A stretch of DNA of 64,000 bases from Heterodontus francisci (lineage: Eukaryota). This document shows positions 23,575 through 36,331 of the stretch, piece after piece (positions within the stretch are counted from its first letter, which is position 1; each line of letters starts with the position of its first letter). The DNA is taken from contig NC_090400.1 of NCBI RefSeq assembly GCF_036365525.1, positions 28,385,353-28,449,352 on the forward strand. The letters run 5' to 3'. The position numbers and the translations under genes were made by a program. Under the pieces are notes generated by a model. That model had not been told where the DNA came from and did no database searches. It worked only from the letters and a program-made list of their open reading frames with translations.

Positions 23575-24815
23575 GTTCGTTATTTTATATTGGTTAGTTT
23601 CTGTACTGTTACTGAAAGCCCTGTTAATGTGTGAAAGTAGATAACTAATACCAATGCATTTTGTTGGATGTGGTTGCTCATCAAGTTGGTGGGTATCTAA
23701 ATGTATCAGACTTCCACTGTTAGCAGAAAGCTGCAATCTCAAGAGCATTTCCCTTTTCCTTCAATGTGACACATTTTTATTTCCTACACCCGCCATCCTG
23801 TGCCCATCTGAGTGATATGGGTAATTAATTCTGAATGAAGATAGATTATTGTGCTAGAGGAATTGGATTGTGACTGTCCCCACTCCTTTTATATAATTCT
23901 GGGCTCGATTTGAATCCAATTCCCAAAGATGGAAGGCTGTTTTAATCCACTGTACCAACCAGTTTCCCATATTTAAATATTATATTATGAAATGTAATGT
24001 ACCTGTACTAAGATGCAGTTCTATCTTAGGGCTCCAACCTAATTGTGAAGTAAACGGAAGTCCACTTAGTTCAGAGTTCAATTGATTTTTGGTTGGAAAA
24101 GTTTGCAGGTTGGAATACTCTGATCATTTGTAGGCTGGAAGCTTGAAAAGCACGTCTAAAGCACCCAACACACCTCAGGCCATAGTAAGCAAGAGCTTGC
24201 CTAAGGAAGTAGTTATAGATGATGAACCTGAGGAAAAACTCAAAAAAGGAAAATTTTATCTTGAGCTTTTTTATGTCTGTTTATGATTTTAATCTTGTAT
24301 ATGTTAACAAAGTTATTAATTCTACCTGGATTATTGAGAGATGCAAGCAGCTTTTTTCTTTCCTAGTGAATACTTGGAAATAATTATTTAGTATCCTCAT
24401 TCTTGAAGCTGTGTCCAAAAACAGTTGACTTCCTGGTGCACATTTTTACCACCATTATAATTATGTTGAAATAACATTTAAACCTTGCGTCAGACAAAAA
24501 CAAGATTACTGTATTTTGGTGCATTTCATAGTTTTGTTCCAATAACTCAAGAGTATTGCAATTTTTAATCTATGACTAAAATTAAAAAAATTCTGGTTTT
24601 GAGATGTGTTTTGAAATAAAAGTCCAAATAGCTGTAATTATTTGCAAAATTTCCTACAATCTGATCTTGCCTAGTTTTGTCTACAGACAAGTTTTGAGTG
24701 ATTTAAAAATGTTCATTCATATAAACAGTAGTTTTACCTAGGGTAATAGATAACACAGAAATGTATTTTATGCTCTGATCTGCTTATTTAAAAATATACT
24801 TCATTGTTTGTGTAG

Positions 24816-25010
24816 GTGTACAGTAAAACTATCTGTGTATTCATGGTTTCCACATACACTGATGGACAACCAAATGAAAGTGCAGCCTGGTTCTGTAAGT
24901 GGTTGGAAGAGGCAACACATGACTTTAGATATGGCAAAACCTACCTCAAAGGTTTGAGATACGCAGTATTTGGCTTGGGCAACTCTGTTTATGTAAATCA
25001 TTACAACACT
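24816..25010 (+). CDS. TYW1: TYW1 exon 5
   Basis: gtgtag acceptor, VYSKTICVFMVSTYTDGQPNESAAWFCKWLEEATHDFRYGKTYLKGLRYAVFGLGNSVYVNHYNT, gtaagt donor. Contains the flavodoxin TYTDG and AVFGLGNS motifs. Confidence 0.97.
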
Positions 25011-25539
25011 GTAAGTATATTGTCTTTGCTTCTGTAATTGCTCAGAGTTCTGTTGTATGACTACAATCTTTTAAAAATACAGACAAAATACTTGAACTAT
25101 AATGTGATGACTCAACTGCCTTTTGAGAATTTATTGCAACTTGACCAATGCCTGATAGAGGAATGAGAAGAGGTTTGTGTGGAACATAATCGTCAGCATA
25201 GACCAACTGAGCAGCTTGGCCTGTTTGTGTGCTGTAGATTCTATATAACTTATGTTGTACAGATCTAAAATTCTGATCTTGGTTGCGTACTTTTGTTAGT
25301 CTGTGATTTTTCTTTTTAATTTAATTTTGACTTTGTTAAAACAGGATGTGCAAGATACATTATTACTGCCTCTAAGGGATAGGTTAAAAAGTTGCCAGTA
25401 ATAAAGGAAACATTGGTATCATTGGTTTCCCTTACAGTGGTATTCTTCTGAATTGTCCTAATGAGTACAGGATGAAAAGCTTCGACAAAATGTCTCTATT
25501 TTCAGCAAACTCAAGTTCTGTACTACCAAACAAATATTT

Positions 25540-25915
25540 TAATCTGTTATGTGTGAGTTTTATGTGAGAATGAGTTAAAATCTCACCATGGAAATATGAG
25601 AGTTTGAATTCCATTAAAAAAAATCGTAATATAAAGCTGAGACAGGTAAAAGTAATCAAGAAGCTGTCATGTTGTTGTTAAAAACTCAACTGGTTCATTA
25701 ATATATTTTATGGGAGGAAACCTGCCATCCTTATCCAGTCTGGCTTGTGTGTGACTCCTGCCTAGACCAATGTGATTGACTCTTCATCATTCTCTTAAGT
25801 GGCCTAGTAAGGCACTCAGTTGTATCAAAGTAGTTCAAGAAGAAGGGCAACAAGGAATGGGCAATGAATACCAGCCTTGCCAGTGACACCCACATCCCAA
25901 AAATGAATAAAAGAC
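25540..25915 (+). mobile_element. Decayed SINE sharing its 3' tail with the LINE at 38740-39345
   Basis: Ends in GGGCAATGAATACCAGCCTTGCCAGTGACACCCACATCCC, matching the tail at ~39290-39330. Confidence 0.6.
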
Positions 25916-26089
25916 ACAATGGGTATACTTGCGTTTAAGATACTACATTGATCAGAGAAGATACATGTTACAGTGGCTTGGAGGGAAACATATACCTTTG
26001 GAATTACAAATACTGCTTTGTTAACCTAAAAATTCTCTTCTTTGCTATTAGTCAAGTAGCTAAACATTGCTTTTTAATTTTATTACAAG

Positions 26090-26478
26090 GATTGAACATA
26101 CTGAACAATCCTGAGTATGCTAAGAATTACGCTAACAACCAATTTAAGGTTATCAGTCAGGCTTGCAATAGGGCTCACTGTTGCTTGCTGCAAGCTACAT
26201 ATATTCATATGCAGGGACCTGTTCTGTGCAGGCAAAAGGAACATGTCCAGGTGTTGCGTTTTATTTTTAATTAAACAAAAGCGTGGGGGACAGTAGTTCC
26301 CTGGTGCATTCTCTATGGCAACACCTTAACCAGAGTTGACTTGCCAACCAATCAGCACCCTCTTCTCATGCAGTATAGATTGTTGCTCCCTTTGAAATTT
26401 GGCATTCTTACATCTGTCCGGATGAGTACAAGACAGAAAGCTTCGACAGTATGTCTCTTTTTTCAGCAATACTCAAGA
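26090..26478 (+). mobile_element. Second Penelope-like family, 3' end (related terminal fragment at ~25400-25512)
   Basis: LNNPEYAKNYANNQFKVISQA...LLQATYIHMQGPVLCRQKE resembles a GIY-YIG C-terminus. It is followed by a hammerhead-like motif. Confidence 0.65.
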
Positions 26479-26599
26479 ATTGACATACTCTTTCTGCTGA
26501 TGCTTTTTTGTGTACTGCATTTCATCTTCACAACATTACTGTGAACAGCAAAATAAACTATTATAGTTTTAACTGTACAGTGCACGTCATTTTTTTCAG

Positions 26600-26893
26600 G
26601 TCGGTAAAAATATTGACATGTGGCTGTGGATGTTGAGTGCCCATCGTGTTATGACTCGTGGAGAGGGTGACTGCAACGTGGTAAAGAGCAGACATGGCAG
26701 CATTGAGGCTGACTTTAGTGAATGGCAAGATAAATTCTTGAGCAGACTACAGGCACTGTACAAAGAGGAAAAAAAAGAGTGTGGTGGTAACTGCAAAAAG
26801 GGGAAGTGCAAATCCAAAGAGAAGAAGCATAAAGAGGAATCCTGTCAGAATGATGAAGTGCCAGAAGAGATAATGGATCAGAGTAGTGGACAG
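26600..26893 (+). CDS. TYW1: TYW1 exon 6
   Basis: ttttcag acceptor, VGKNIDMWLWMLSAHRVMTRGEGDCNVVKSRHGSIEADF...CGGNCKKGKC...DQSSGQ, gtaaat donor. 294 nt. Confidence 0.97.
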
Positions 26894-28636
26894 GTAAATT
26901 GGATCACATTAAAAGTACTCTACTGAATGTAATAAATGCTCACCTCACAATTCTGTCCTAACATTTTAAATTTGGCAGGGGATGGATTCATCAGAAAACA
27001 CAGAGTGGCTTACCCATTTTCACAGATCACCGCTAAATGTCTAACTTGGATTTTGGTAACTTGCGTTGTAAAGCCTTCCCATCCTAACACAGCTTGTGGA
27101 TGTATAAGACCTCCTGCCCCCCCACCCGCCCACCCACCACAGATCTGGGGAAACATGACCTCTGTCAAATTGTCCTTTGGTTTCTGTAAAGAGTGTGCTA
27201 TATAGAAGACCACATAACTACTTGCAAGAACAAATGCAGTCATTTGTCCAGTGTGTTTTAAATTACACTGGGAGTTCACAATGCTCCTAAATATTTTCTA
27301 ATATGTGCACACTGGGAATAGAGAAATATTTCTAACAAATTTTTTATGACAACTGTTTCCTGCAACATTGTTCAACCTATTATCATTCCCAACTCGTTAG
27401 TTAAATACTGGGGATAGGAGATAGAGGTAAACTTCTGGAATGGAGCTCAAATTTAGTACCATTTAGTTATCTAAATTGTTTCTCCATTCTCCCTTCTCAT
27501 CCAGTAAGCTTGCTTCCTTCCTGCCAATGGAATCACTTCTAAAGTAAGTCTTTTCTTTTATAAGTGCTGATTTCCCACCTGGCACGATTGAGTGCCTGAT
27601 GGCATCAATAAACATTGGCACTATCAAGTGATGCTCCAACAGTAATGGAAAAGGAGAAACTCTGTTGTTGACTGCTGAAGCGCACTCTCCCACATCTGTG
27701 ATTCCAAGAGACTGATCTTAGTCATTGCTGAAGGTAAGGTAAACAGTGTAGGTACTGTAGTTAAGGACAGTCCCTGGATCCCAACCTTCAGTCCAATAGA
27801 CTATAAGAATATCCTGGGCCATCTGCAGGCCACCAATGGTGAGGCACTGCCAAACTACTATTAGCCCTGTAAATTTGGACGTAAAATGCTCAGCAGTCCC
27901 AGACCACAGACTTGAACCTTTTACTTGGCCCAGGCCAGTGCCCACGTTTTGATCACTGAACAGTGCCTTGGTTCTGTTACCACAACTCAGACCATGACTA
28001 TTACCCATCAGTGAGATCACCTCCTCTGAGCCTCCTAAATGAGCCCAGCTTTTCCAGTGTTTCTCAGAAAACTCTGGATTCCTGGCTGCGAGGAATGTCT
28101 CGGCCCAACTATCTGGGCAGACTGTGCACTTTTTCCTTTGTCTATCGTTTAAACCACAGGACTTCATTTGATATCAGTTTAATTCCAAATGTTATTTCCT
28201 TTAAATGTGAATCTTTAGGTTTGTACCGATAACATCAGGTCTGTCTCCTTTGTCCGTTTATGTGAATGTACATTGGCCTCTGGCCCCCAGTGCGTCTCAT
28301 TTTAAAATGTTCATCCTCATGTTGAAGTCCATTCATAGCCTCACCCTTATGTTTGGAACTCCCTCCAGCCCTCAGCAACACCACCCCTCCCCTCCCCCAC
28401 CCTCTTCCTCTGACTCTGGTCTCATGCATTACCCCCATCCCTTTGTCCCATACTGGCAGCTATGCCTTTTAGCCTCCTAGACCACTTGTTCTGGAATTTT
28501 CTTCTTGTACTCTTCTCCACCTGTGGAGCCAATACAAATGCTTGCGGTTTTGACTAATGTGGTAGGGAAAAAATGCAGCAGGCCATAAAGGATGAGATGC
28601 AGCAATAATTTCTGTGACATATCAACTTGCACCTCA

Positions 28637-30346
28637 AGGAAAGGACAGCATTCATTACGCCTCAAATAATCAAGTGTACCAAGCCTGCTATACTCTCAGC
28701 ACTCCATGTACTGCTTAGCCTGTGCTGGGATGAGGGAGCAATACCACAGGACATGCGCGATGCCAATATCATTACCCTCTATAAGAACGAGGGTGACCGC
28801 GGTGACTGCAATAACTACAGTGGAATCTCCCTGCTCAGCTCAGTGGGGTAAGCCTTCGCTCGAGTCGTTTTAAAGAGACTCCAGAAGCTGGCTGAGCATG
28901 TCTACCCTGAGGTACAGTGCGGCTTTCGAGCAGAGAGTTCCACCATTGACATGCTGTTCTCCCTTCGCCAGCTACAGGAGAAATGCCACGACCAATGGAT
29001 GCCCCTCTGTGTTGCCTTCATAGATCTCACCAAAGCAGACGTGGCCTCTTCAGACTACTAGCAAAGATCGGATGCCCACCAAAGCTACTAAGTATCATCG
29101 CCTCGTTCCATGACAATATGAAAGGCACAATTCAGCACAACGGTGCCTCATTAGACACCTTTCCCATCCTGAGTGGCGTGAAACAGGGCTGTGTTCTCGC
29201 ACCTACACTGTTTGGGATCTTCTTCTCACTGCTGCGCTGTCACGCGTTTTAAGTCTTCAGAGGAAGGAATTTTCCTCTGCACAAGATCAGATGGCATGTT
29301 GTTCAACCTCGCCTGTTTTAGAGAAAGTACAGAAAGTTCTCATCAGGGAACTCCTCTTTGCTGACGATGCTGCATTAGCATCCCACACGGAAGAGTGTCT
29401 GCAGAGATTCATCGACAGGATTGTGGCTGCCTGCAACGAATTTGGCCTAACCATCAGTTTCAAGAAAACGAACATCACGGGACAGGATGTCAGAAATGCT
29501 CCATCCATCAATATCGGCGACCACTCTCTGGAAGAGGTTCAAGAGTTCACCTACCTAGGCTCAACCATCACCAGTAACCTGTCTCTTGATGCAGAAATCA
29601 ACAAGTGAAAGGCGTCTGCTGCTATGTCCAGACTGGCCAAAAGGGTGTGGGAAAATGGTGCACTGACACGGAACACAAAAGTCTGAGTGTTTCAAGCCTG
29701 TGTCCTCAGTATCTTGCTCGACGGCAGCGAGGCCAAGAGTGATATCTCAACGCATTCCATCCTCGCTGTCTCTGGAGAATCCTTGGCATCAGATGGCAGG
29801 ACCATATCTCCAACACAGAAGTCCTCGAGGCAGCCAACATCCCCAGCATGTACACCCTACTGAGCCAGCAGCGCTTGAGATGGCTTGGCTATGTGAGCCG
29901 CATGGAAGATGGCAGGATCCCTAAGGACGTATTGTATAGCGAGCTCGTCACTGGTATCAGACCCTCTGGCCGTCCCCGTCTCTGCTTTAAAGACGTTTGC
30001 AAACCCGACATGAAGTTCTGCGACATTGACCGCAAGTCGTGGGAGTCAGTTGCCCGCGATCGCCAGAGCTGGCTGACATCTATAAAGGCGGGGCTAAAGA
30101 TAGGTGACTCGAAGAGGCTCAGCAGTTGTCAGGAAAAGAGACAGAAGTGTAAGGAGAGAACCATCTGTGTAACAGCCCCGACAGCCAGCTTCGGTTGGTT
30201 GTGGAGCAGTGCCTGTGGAAGAGTCTGTCACTCGAGAATTGGCCTTCATAGCCACTCCAGGTGCTGCTCCACAAACCGCTGACCACCTCTAGGCACTTAC
30301 CCATTGTCTCTCGAGACAAGGAGGCTAAAAAGGAAAAAAGGAAAGG
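28637..30346 (+). mobile_element. RTE-clade LINE, 5'-truncated, with 18-bp TSD
   Basis: Same family as 4243-5648, with more stops and deletions. TSD ATATCRACTTGCAYCTCA at 28619-28636 and 30347-30364 (2 mismatches). Confidence 0.93.
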
Positions 30347-31281
30347 ATATCGACTTGCATCTCATCACTTCCTCAGAAAGTTCCAATGCATGTTACAGAT
30401 TTTTAAGTGCAGTCGTCATTGTTGTGTTCACGAACTCCTGCTCGCCCATAACCTCCATCCTTGCTGAGAGTTTGGTGTCCAGGGCTTCTAGACTATTAGT
30501 GATTTGGCACTGCCTTGCTGTTGGCAATTATTGTTGCATTTCTTTCTTTTGTGGCCTCTTGCTACCGCACTGGTCCATACCATGAGCATTTTCAGTTTCC
30601 CCTTTGGTAGGTTAATACAAATGAGGCTTAAGCTGCATCACCAACATCCTGAGAGTGATTTTTTTTTAAATTATTCATTTCAATTTCCACCTCAAGTGGC
30701 AACTTTTTGGGAGCGAAAAGTTATTTAAAGCAAATTTAAACATGAGCACTTCATAAACCCCAGCATTTCTCAGGTGTAATAAATTCAGGTTATTACAGCA
30801 GTCAGTGCTTTTTAAATATTTAGTTAATTGTATGGAGCACAATGTGGCATAACATGATAACACTTGCATTTATATAGTGTGTTATCAATTTTCGCTTAGC
30901 TGAATTAAGGTTCACTCTTTTGTTTGTTGTATCAGTGCATACCTAGCATGAAAAATCTGAACTACTCATGTGGTGAATATGTTGCATTGCAGCTCGCTAG
31001 CTGTGTGCACTGTTCTCTATTGTACCTGCTTTGGATTTATTTCATGCAGACGACTGCTTCAGGTGAAATGTTTAGTATCAGACAAAGCGCAAGAAACAAT
31101 AGGGGTGATTTCTTAATCCGGTGCTGCCAACATCTTGGGAATCATCTATATTGTTCAAATTTTTTTTTAAATTGAGTGCACAAATCATGCATTTTGGTGA
31201 GATACTTTCATTATGTATAATGGGACCGCGATCAGCAGTATGGAGAGAAGTTTTTTTTAAACTGAGAGGCATGCAATCAGT

Positions 31282-31962
31282 GGGCCAAATTTTGTTGTGG
31301 AAGGATGTCTAAACTTGTCTGCCATTAGTTAATTTTTTTGCGTGATAAGTTGCTGATAGTGTGAGCTGATCATGCCGCAGCAAGGGAAACAGGGCAAGCA
31401 ACTGTGTATCTGCTTAACCAATCAAGTTGAAGTATTGTGAAATTAACAGTGCAAGTTCTGCACAAGGAAGTGTAAATTAGAGTGGGTGAATTCAATGTCA
31501 AATTAGGTATGGAAAGAAATAAAGTGAGGGAAGGAAAGGTTGGGATAAGAAGGAAGCAAAAAGGAAAAGTAAAAAGAGAAATGTTTCAATTTTAAATTTG
31601 ACATTTTAAAAATCTCCAACAACAATTAATACTTGAAGGAATAGGAATCCATGCTGGTAATAGTTTTCAGTGCCAGTTATCACATTGTCAAAAGAGTATT
31701 TGGACTGAAATGGACAAGACAACTTTCTATGACAAATTTACTTTGTATCTACTATGCAAATAGAGTAACTTCACACCATTCAATGCGTTTTAGTGGGGAA
31801 CCAGCTAGTGACATGCTGTTATTGTGAAATTAATGGCAGAGTAGCACAACTTAAACAGCAAGTTTGGGAATCTGCCCCTTGCCTGAAATTGCTGTACTGT
31901 TTGCTCTTAAGTAATGGTGAGCGCCATTACCTTACCCTTATTTTGACAGGACAATCTGAGCC
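31282..31962. mobile_element. Non-autonomous DNA transposon (MITE), PIF/Harbinger-like
   Basis: Imperfect TIRs GGGCCAAATTTT...ACAATCTGAGCC with AGT on both sides. Internal similarity to 42955-43665 and 54837-55597. Confidence 0.6.
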
Positions 31963-32398
31963 AGTGAATTTGAACATGTTCTGTTGAAAATTATTTGAAT
32001 AGGATTGGAGACAAAAAGAGAGGCTTCTCTTCCAGTTTTGTTTCCAACCCAGTTCACCACACAGATTGAGAGTCCTCAAAAATAAAAGCAAAATACTGTG
32101 GATGCTGGAAATCTGAAATAAAAACAGAAAGTGCTGAAAAAACTCAGCAGGTCAGGCAGCATCTGTGGAGAGAGAAGCAGAGTTAATGTTACAGGTCAGT
32201 GACCCTTCTTCAGAATTGGCAGATATAAGAAATGTAAAAGATTTTAAGCAAGTAAAGCGGGGGTGGGGCAAGAGATAACAAAAGAGGTATTGATAGGACA
32301 AGGTCACCGAATAGCTGACCAGAAGGTCATGGAGCAAAGGCAAACAATATGTTAATGGTCTGCTGAAAGACAAAGCATTAGTACAGATAGGGTGTTAA

Positions 32399-35300
32399 CT
32401 CTGGTGTGTTGATAAAGTAAGCTTTTTTATTTCTTCTGTATCGTGTGATTGGTTAATAATTTACTTTTTTTTGATTTATCTATTAATTGGTTATTTGAAA
32501 AAGACCATAGCAGAGAAGTATCAGAAAGTATTTAACTCATAAATTTATATAAAGTAATAAAGTAATTAACTAAGTAGAGATGGCTGGGCAGGTGATATGC
32601 TGTAGCTGTATGATGTGGGAGCTGGCTGTCCCCATTGTGAACGGCAGGGACCACATCTGCAGCAAGTGTTGGTTGCTGGAAGAGCTCCGGCTCAGAGTTG
32701 ATGATCTGGAATCTGAGCTCCAAACACTGCGGCACATCCGGGAGGGGGAGAGTTACCTGGACGTTTTGTTTCAGGAGGCAGTCACACCTGGTAGATTAAG
32801 TAATTCAAATTCAGTTAGTGATCAGGGACAACAGGGTGTGATTGCAAGTGAGGCAGGTAGGGGGATCCTGAGTTCAGGAGTAGAGGAGCCTCAGCCGTTG
32901 ACCTTATCCAACAGGTACGAGATACTTGCTCCCTGTGTGGATGAGGAAAAGGGCTGCGGGGAAGATGAGCCAACTGACCATGGCACCATGGTGCAGCAGG
33001 CCATTCAAGAGGGGGGAGCAAAAAGACGAGTGGTAGTTATAGGGGATTCTATAATTAGGGGGATAGATAGTATCCTTTGCAAGCTGGATCGGGAGTCCTG
33101 CATGGTGTGTTGCCTGCCTGGTGCCAGGGTGCAGGACATCTCTGACCGGTTTGAAAGGATATTGGAGCGGGAGGGGGAGGATCCAGTTGTTGTGGTCCAC
33201 GTTGGGACTAACAACATAGGCAAGGCTAGGATGGAGGACCTGTTTGGGGATTATAAAGCGCTAGGAACGAAATTAAGGAACAGGTCCTCGAGGGTCATAA
33301 TCGCATTACTGCCCGAGCCACGTGCAAATTGGCTTAGGGATAAGAATATTAGGGAAGTAAACACGTGGCTAAGGGAGTGGTGTGGGAAAGAAGGGTTCTA
33401 TTTCATGGGGCATTGGCATCAGTTTTGGAACTGGGGGGATCTGTACCGATGGGACGGTCTCCACCTGAACCGATCTGGAACCAGTGTTCTAGCGAAACGG
33501 ATAAATAGGGTGGTCTCTAGGACTTTAAACTAGTGACTCGGGGGGAAGGGAAAGGGAAAACGACAGGGAGTATGATGGTAAATAAAAAGGTAAGCAGCAG
33601 GTTAAAAATGGTACGGCAATTATCGTGGGGGATTTTAATCTACATGTAGATTGGTCGAACCTGCTCAGTCAGGGTAGCCTTGAGGAGGAGTTCGTTGAGT
33701 GTATCCGTGATAGTTTTCTTGAACAGTATGTAATGCAACCGACGAGGGAGTAAGCTATCCTAGATCTCGTCCTGTGTAACGAGACAGGAATAATTAATGA
33801 CCTCATAGTTAGGGATCCTCTTGGAAGGAGTGATCACAGTATGGTTGAATTTAGAATACAGATGGAGAGTGTGAAGATAAAATCCAATACCAGGGTCCTG
33901 CGCTTGAACAAGGGGGACTACAATAGAATGAGTGAGGACTTGGCTAAAGTAGACTGGAAACAAAGATTTTATGGTGGGACAGTTGACGAGCAGTGGAGGA
34001 CTTTCAAAGCAATTTTTCAAAGTGCTCAGCAAAAGTATATTCCAGTGAAAAGGAAGGACTGGAAGAAAAGGGGTAATCTGCCATGGGTGTCTAAGGAAAT
34101 AAGGGAGGCTATCAAATTGAAAGAGAAGGCATACAAAGTGGCCAAAAACAGCATGAAACTAAAAGATTGGGAAAACTTTAAAGGTCAACAGAAAGCCACA
34201 AAAAGAGCTATAAAGAAAAGTAAGATAGAACATGAGAAAAAACTAGCACAGAATATAAAGACAGATAGCAAAAGTTTCTATAAATATATAAAACGAAAAA
34301 GAGTGGCTAAAGTAAACGTTGGTCCTTTAGAGGATGAGAAGGGGAATTTAGTTATGTTATATGATGAAATGGCCGAGGCATTGAACAGGTATTTTGTATC
34401 GGTCTTCACAGTGGAGGACATTAATAACATGCCAGTAATTGACAAAGAGACGAACGTAGGTGAGGACCTGGAAACAATCATTATTACGGAAGAGGTAGTG
34501 TTGGGCAAGCTAATGGAGCTAAGGATTGATAAGTCTCCTGGCCCTGATGGAATGTATCCCAGGGTACTAAAAGAGATGGCGGGAGAAATAGCAGGTGCAC
34601 TGGCGGTAATTTTCCAAAATTCACTGGACTCTGGGGTAGTCCCAGCAGATTGGAAAACAGCAGATGTGACGCCACTGTTTAAAAAGGGAGGTAGACAAAA
34701 GATGGGGAATTATAGACCGGTTAGCTTAACCTCTGTAGTGGGGAAGATGCTTGAGTCTATTATCAAGGATGAAATAGCAGGGCATCTCGATAGAAATTGT
34801 CCCGTTGGGCAGACGCAGCATGGGTTCATGAAGGGCAGGTCATGCTTGACAAATCTTTTGGAATTCTATGATGACATTACGAGCAAGGTGGACAATGGGG
34901 ACCCAGTGGATGTGGTGTACCTAGATTTCCAAAAGGCCTTCGACAAGGTGCCGCACAAGAGGCTGCTGCATAAGATAAGGATGCATGGCGTTAGGGGTAA
35001 AGTATTAGCATGGATAGAGGATTGGTTGACTAACAGGAAGCAGAGAGAAGACCGATACAAAATACCTGTTCAATGCCTTGGCCATTTCATCATATCCCAT
35101 AACTAAATTCCCCTTCTCATCCTCTAAAGGACCAACGTTTACTTTAGCCACTCTTTTTCGTTTTATATATTTATAGAAACTTTTGCTATCTGTCTTTATA
35201 TTCTGTGCTAGTTTTTTCTCATGTTCTATCTTACTTTTCTTTATAGCTCTTTTTGTGGCTTTCTGTTGACCTTTAAATGAGTGCTATTCTGGTTGGCAAT

Positions 35301-36331
35301 CAGTCACTAGTGGTGTGCCTCAGGGATCGGTGTTGGGACCGCAATTATTTACAATTTATATAGATGATTTGGAGTTGGGGATCACGTGTAGGTTGTCAAA
35401 GTTTGCAGATGACACTAAGATGAGTGGCAGAGCAAAGTGTGCAGATGACTGTGAAACTTTGCAGAGGAACATAGATACATTGAGTGAGTGGGCAAAGGTC
35501 TGGCAGATGGAATACAATGTTAATAAATGTGAAGTCATTCATTTCGGTAGGAGTAACAGTAAAAAGGATTATTACTTGAATGGTAAAAAGTTGCAGCGTG
35601 CTGCTATGCAGAGGGACCTGGGTGTCCTTGTGCATGAATTGCAGAAGGTTGGTCTGCAGGTACAGCAAGTAATTAGGAAGGCAAATGGAATTTTGTCCTT
35701 CATTGCTAAAGGGATGGAGTTTAAAAGCAGAGAGGTCATGTTGCAGCTGTATAAGGTACTGGTGAGGCCGCACCTGGAGTACTGTGTGCAGTTTTGGTCT
35801 CCTTACTTGAGAAAGGATAGACTGGCACTGGAGAGGGTGCAGAGGAGGTTCACTAGGTTGATTCCGGAGTTGAGGGGGTTGGCTTATGAGGAGAGACTGA
35901 GTAGATTGGGATTATATTCATTGGAATTCAGAAAAATGAGGGGGGATCTTATAGAAACATATAAAATTATGAAGGGAATAGATAAGATACAAGTAGAGAG
36001 GATGTTTCCACTGGCAGGTGAAGCTAGGACAAGAGGGCATAGCCTCAAGATTAGAGGGAGCAGATTTAGGACTGAATTAAGAAGGAACTTCTTCACCCAG
36101 AGGGTTGTTAATCTATGGAATTACTTGCCCAGTGAAGTAGTTGACGCTTCTTCAGTAAACGTTTTTAAAGCTAAGGTAGATATCTTTTTGAACAATAAAG
36201 GAATTAAGGGATACGGTGAGAGCGCGGGTAAGTGGATCTGAGTCCACGAAAAGATCAGCCATGATCTTATTGAATGGCGGAGCAGGCTCGAGGGGCTGGA
36301 CGGCCTACTCCTGCTCCTAGTTCTTATGATC
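32399..36331 (+). mobile_element. Near-full-length CR1-clade LINE nested in the Penelope-like element
   Basis: Intact ORF1. ORF2 lacks most of the endonuclease and its RT is split (YLDFQKAFDKVPH; PQGSVLGP, KFADDTK). 3'UTR and tail present. TTAA on both sides (32395-32398, 36332-36335). Confidence 0.95.
32580..33533 (+). CDS. CR1 ORF1 protein (Cys-rich/coiled-coil N-terminus plus SGNH esterase)
   Basis: 317-aa open frame with CxxC pairs, a heptad-like LEELRLRVDDLESELQTL, and GDS, VGTNN and DGLHL esterase motifs. Confidence 0.88.
   Translation: MAGQVICCSCMMWELAVPIVNGRDHICSKCWLLEELRLRVDDLESELQTLRHIREGESYLDVLFQEAVTPGRLSNSNSVSDQGQQGVIASEAGRGILSSGVEEPQPLTLSNRYEILAPCVDEEKGCGEDEPTDHGTMVQQAIQEGGAKRRVVVIGDSIIRGIDSILCKLDRESCMVCCLPGARVQDISDRFERILEREGEDPVVVVHVGTNNIGKARMEDLFGDYKALGTKLRNRSSRVIIALLPEPRANWLRDKNIREVNTWLREWCGKEGFYFMGHWHQFWNWGDLYRWDGLHLNRSGTSVLAKRINRVVSRTLN

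Noticed and set aside
32193-32205. Hammerhead helix II (GGTCAGTGACC) equals the core of the 3835-6672 minisatellite
   Set aside because: Only 11 bp of a palindrome are shared and the flanks are unrelated, so chance is sufficient.
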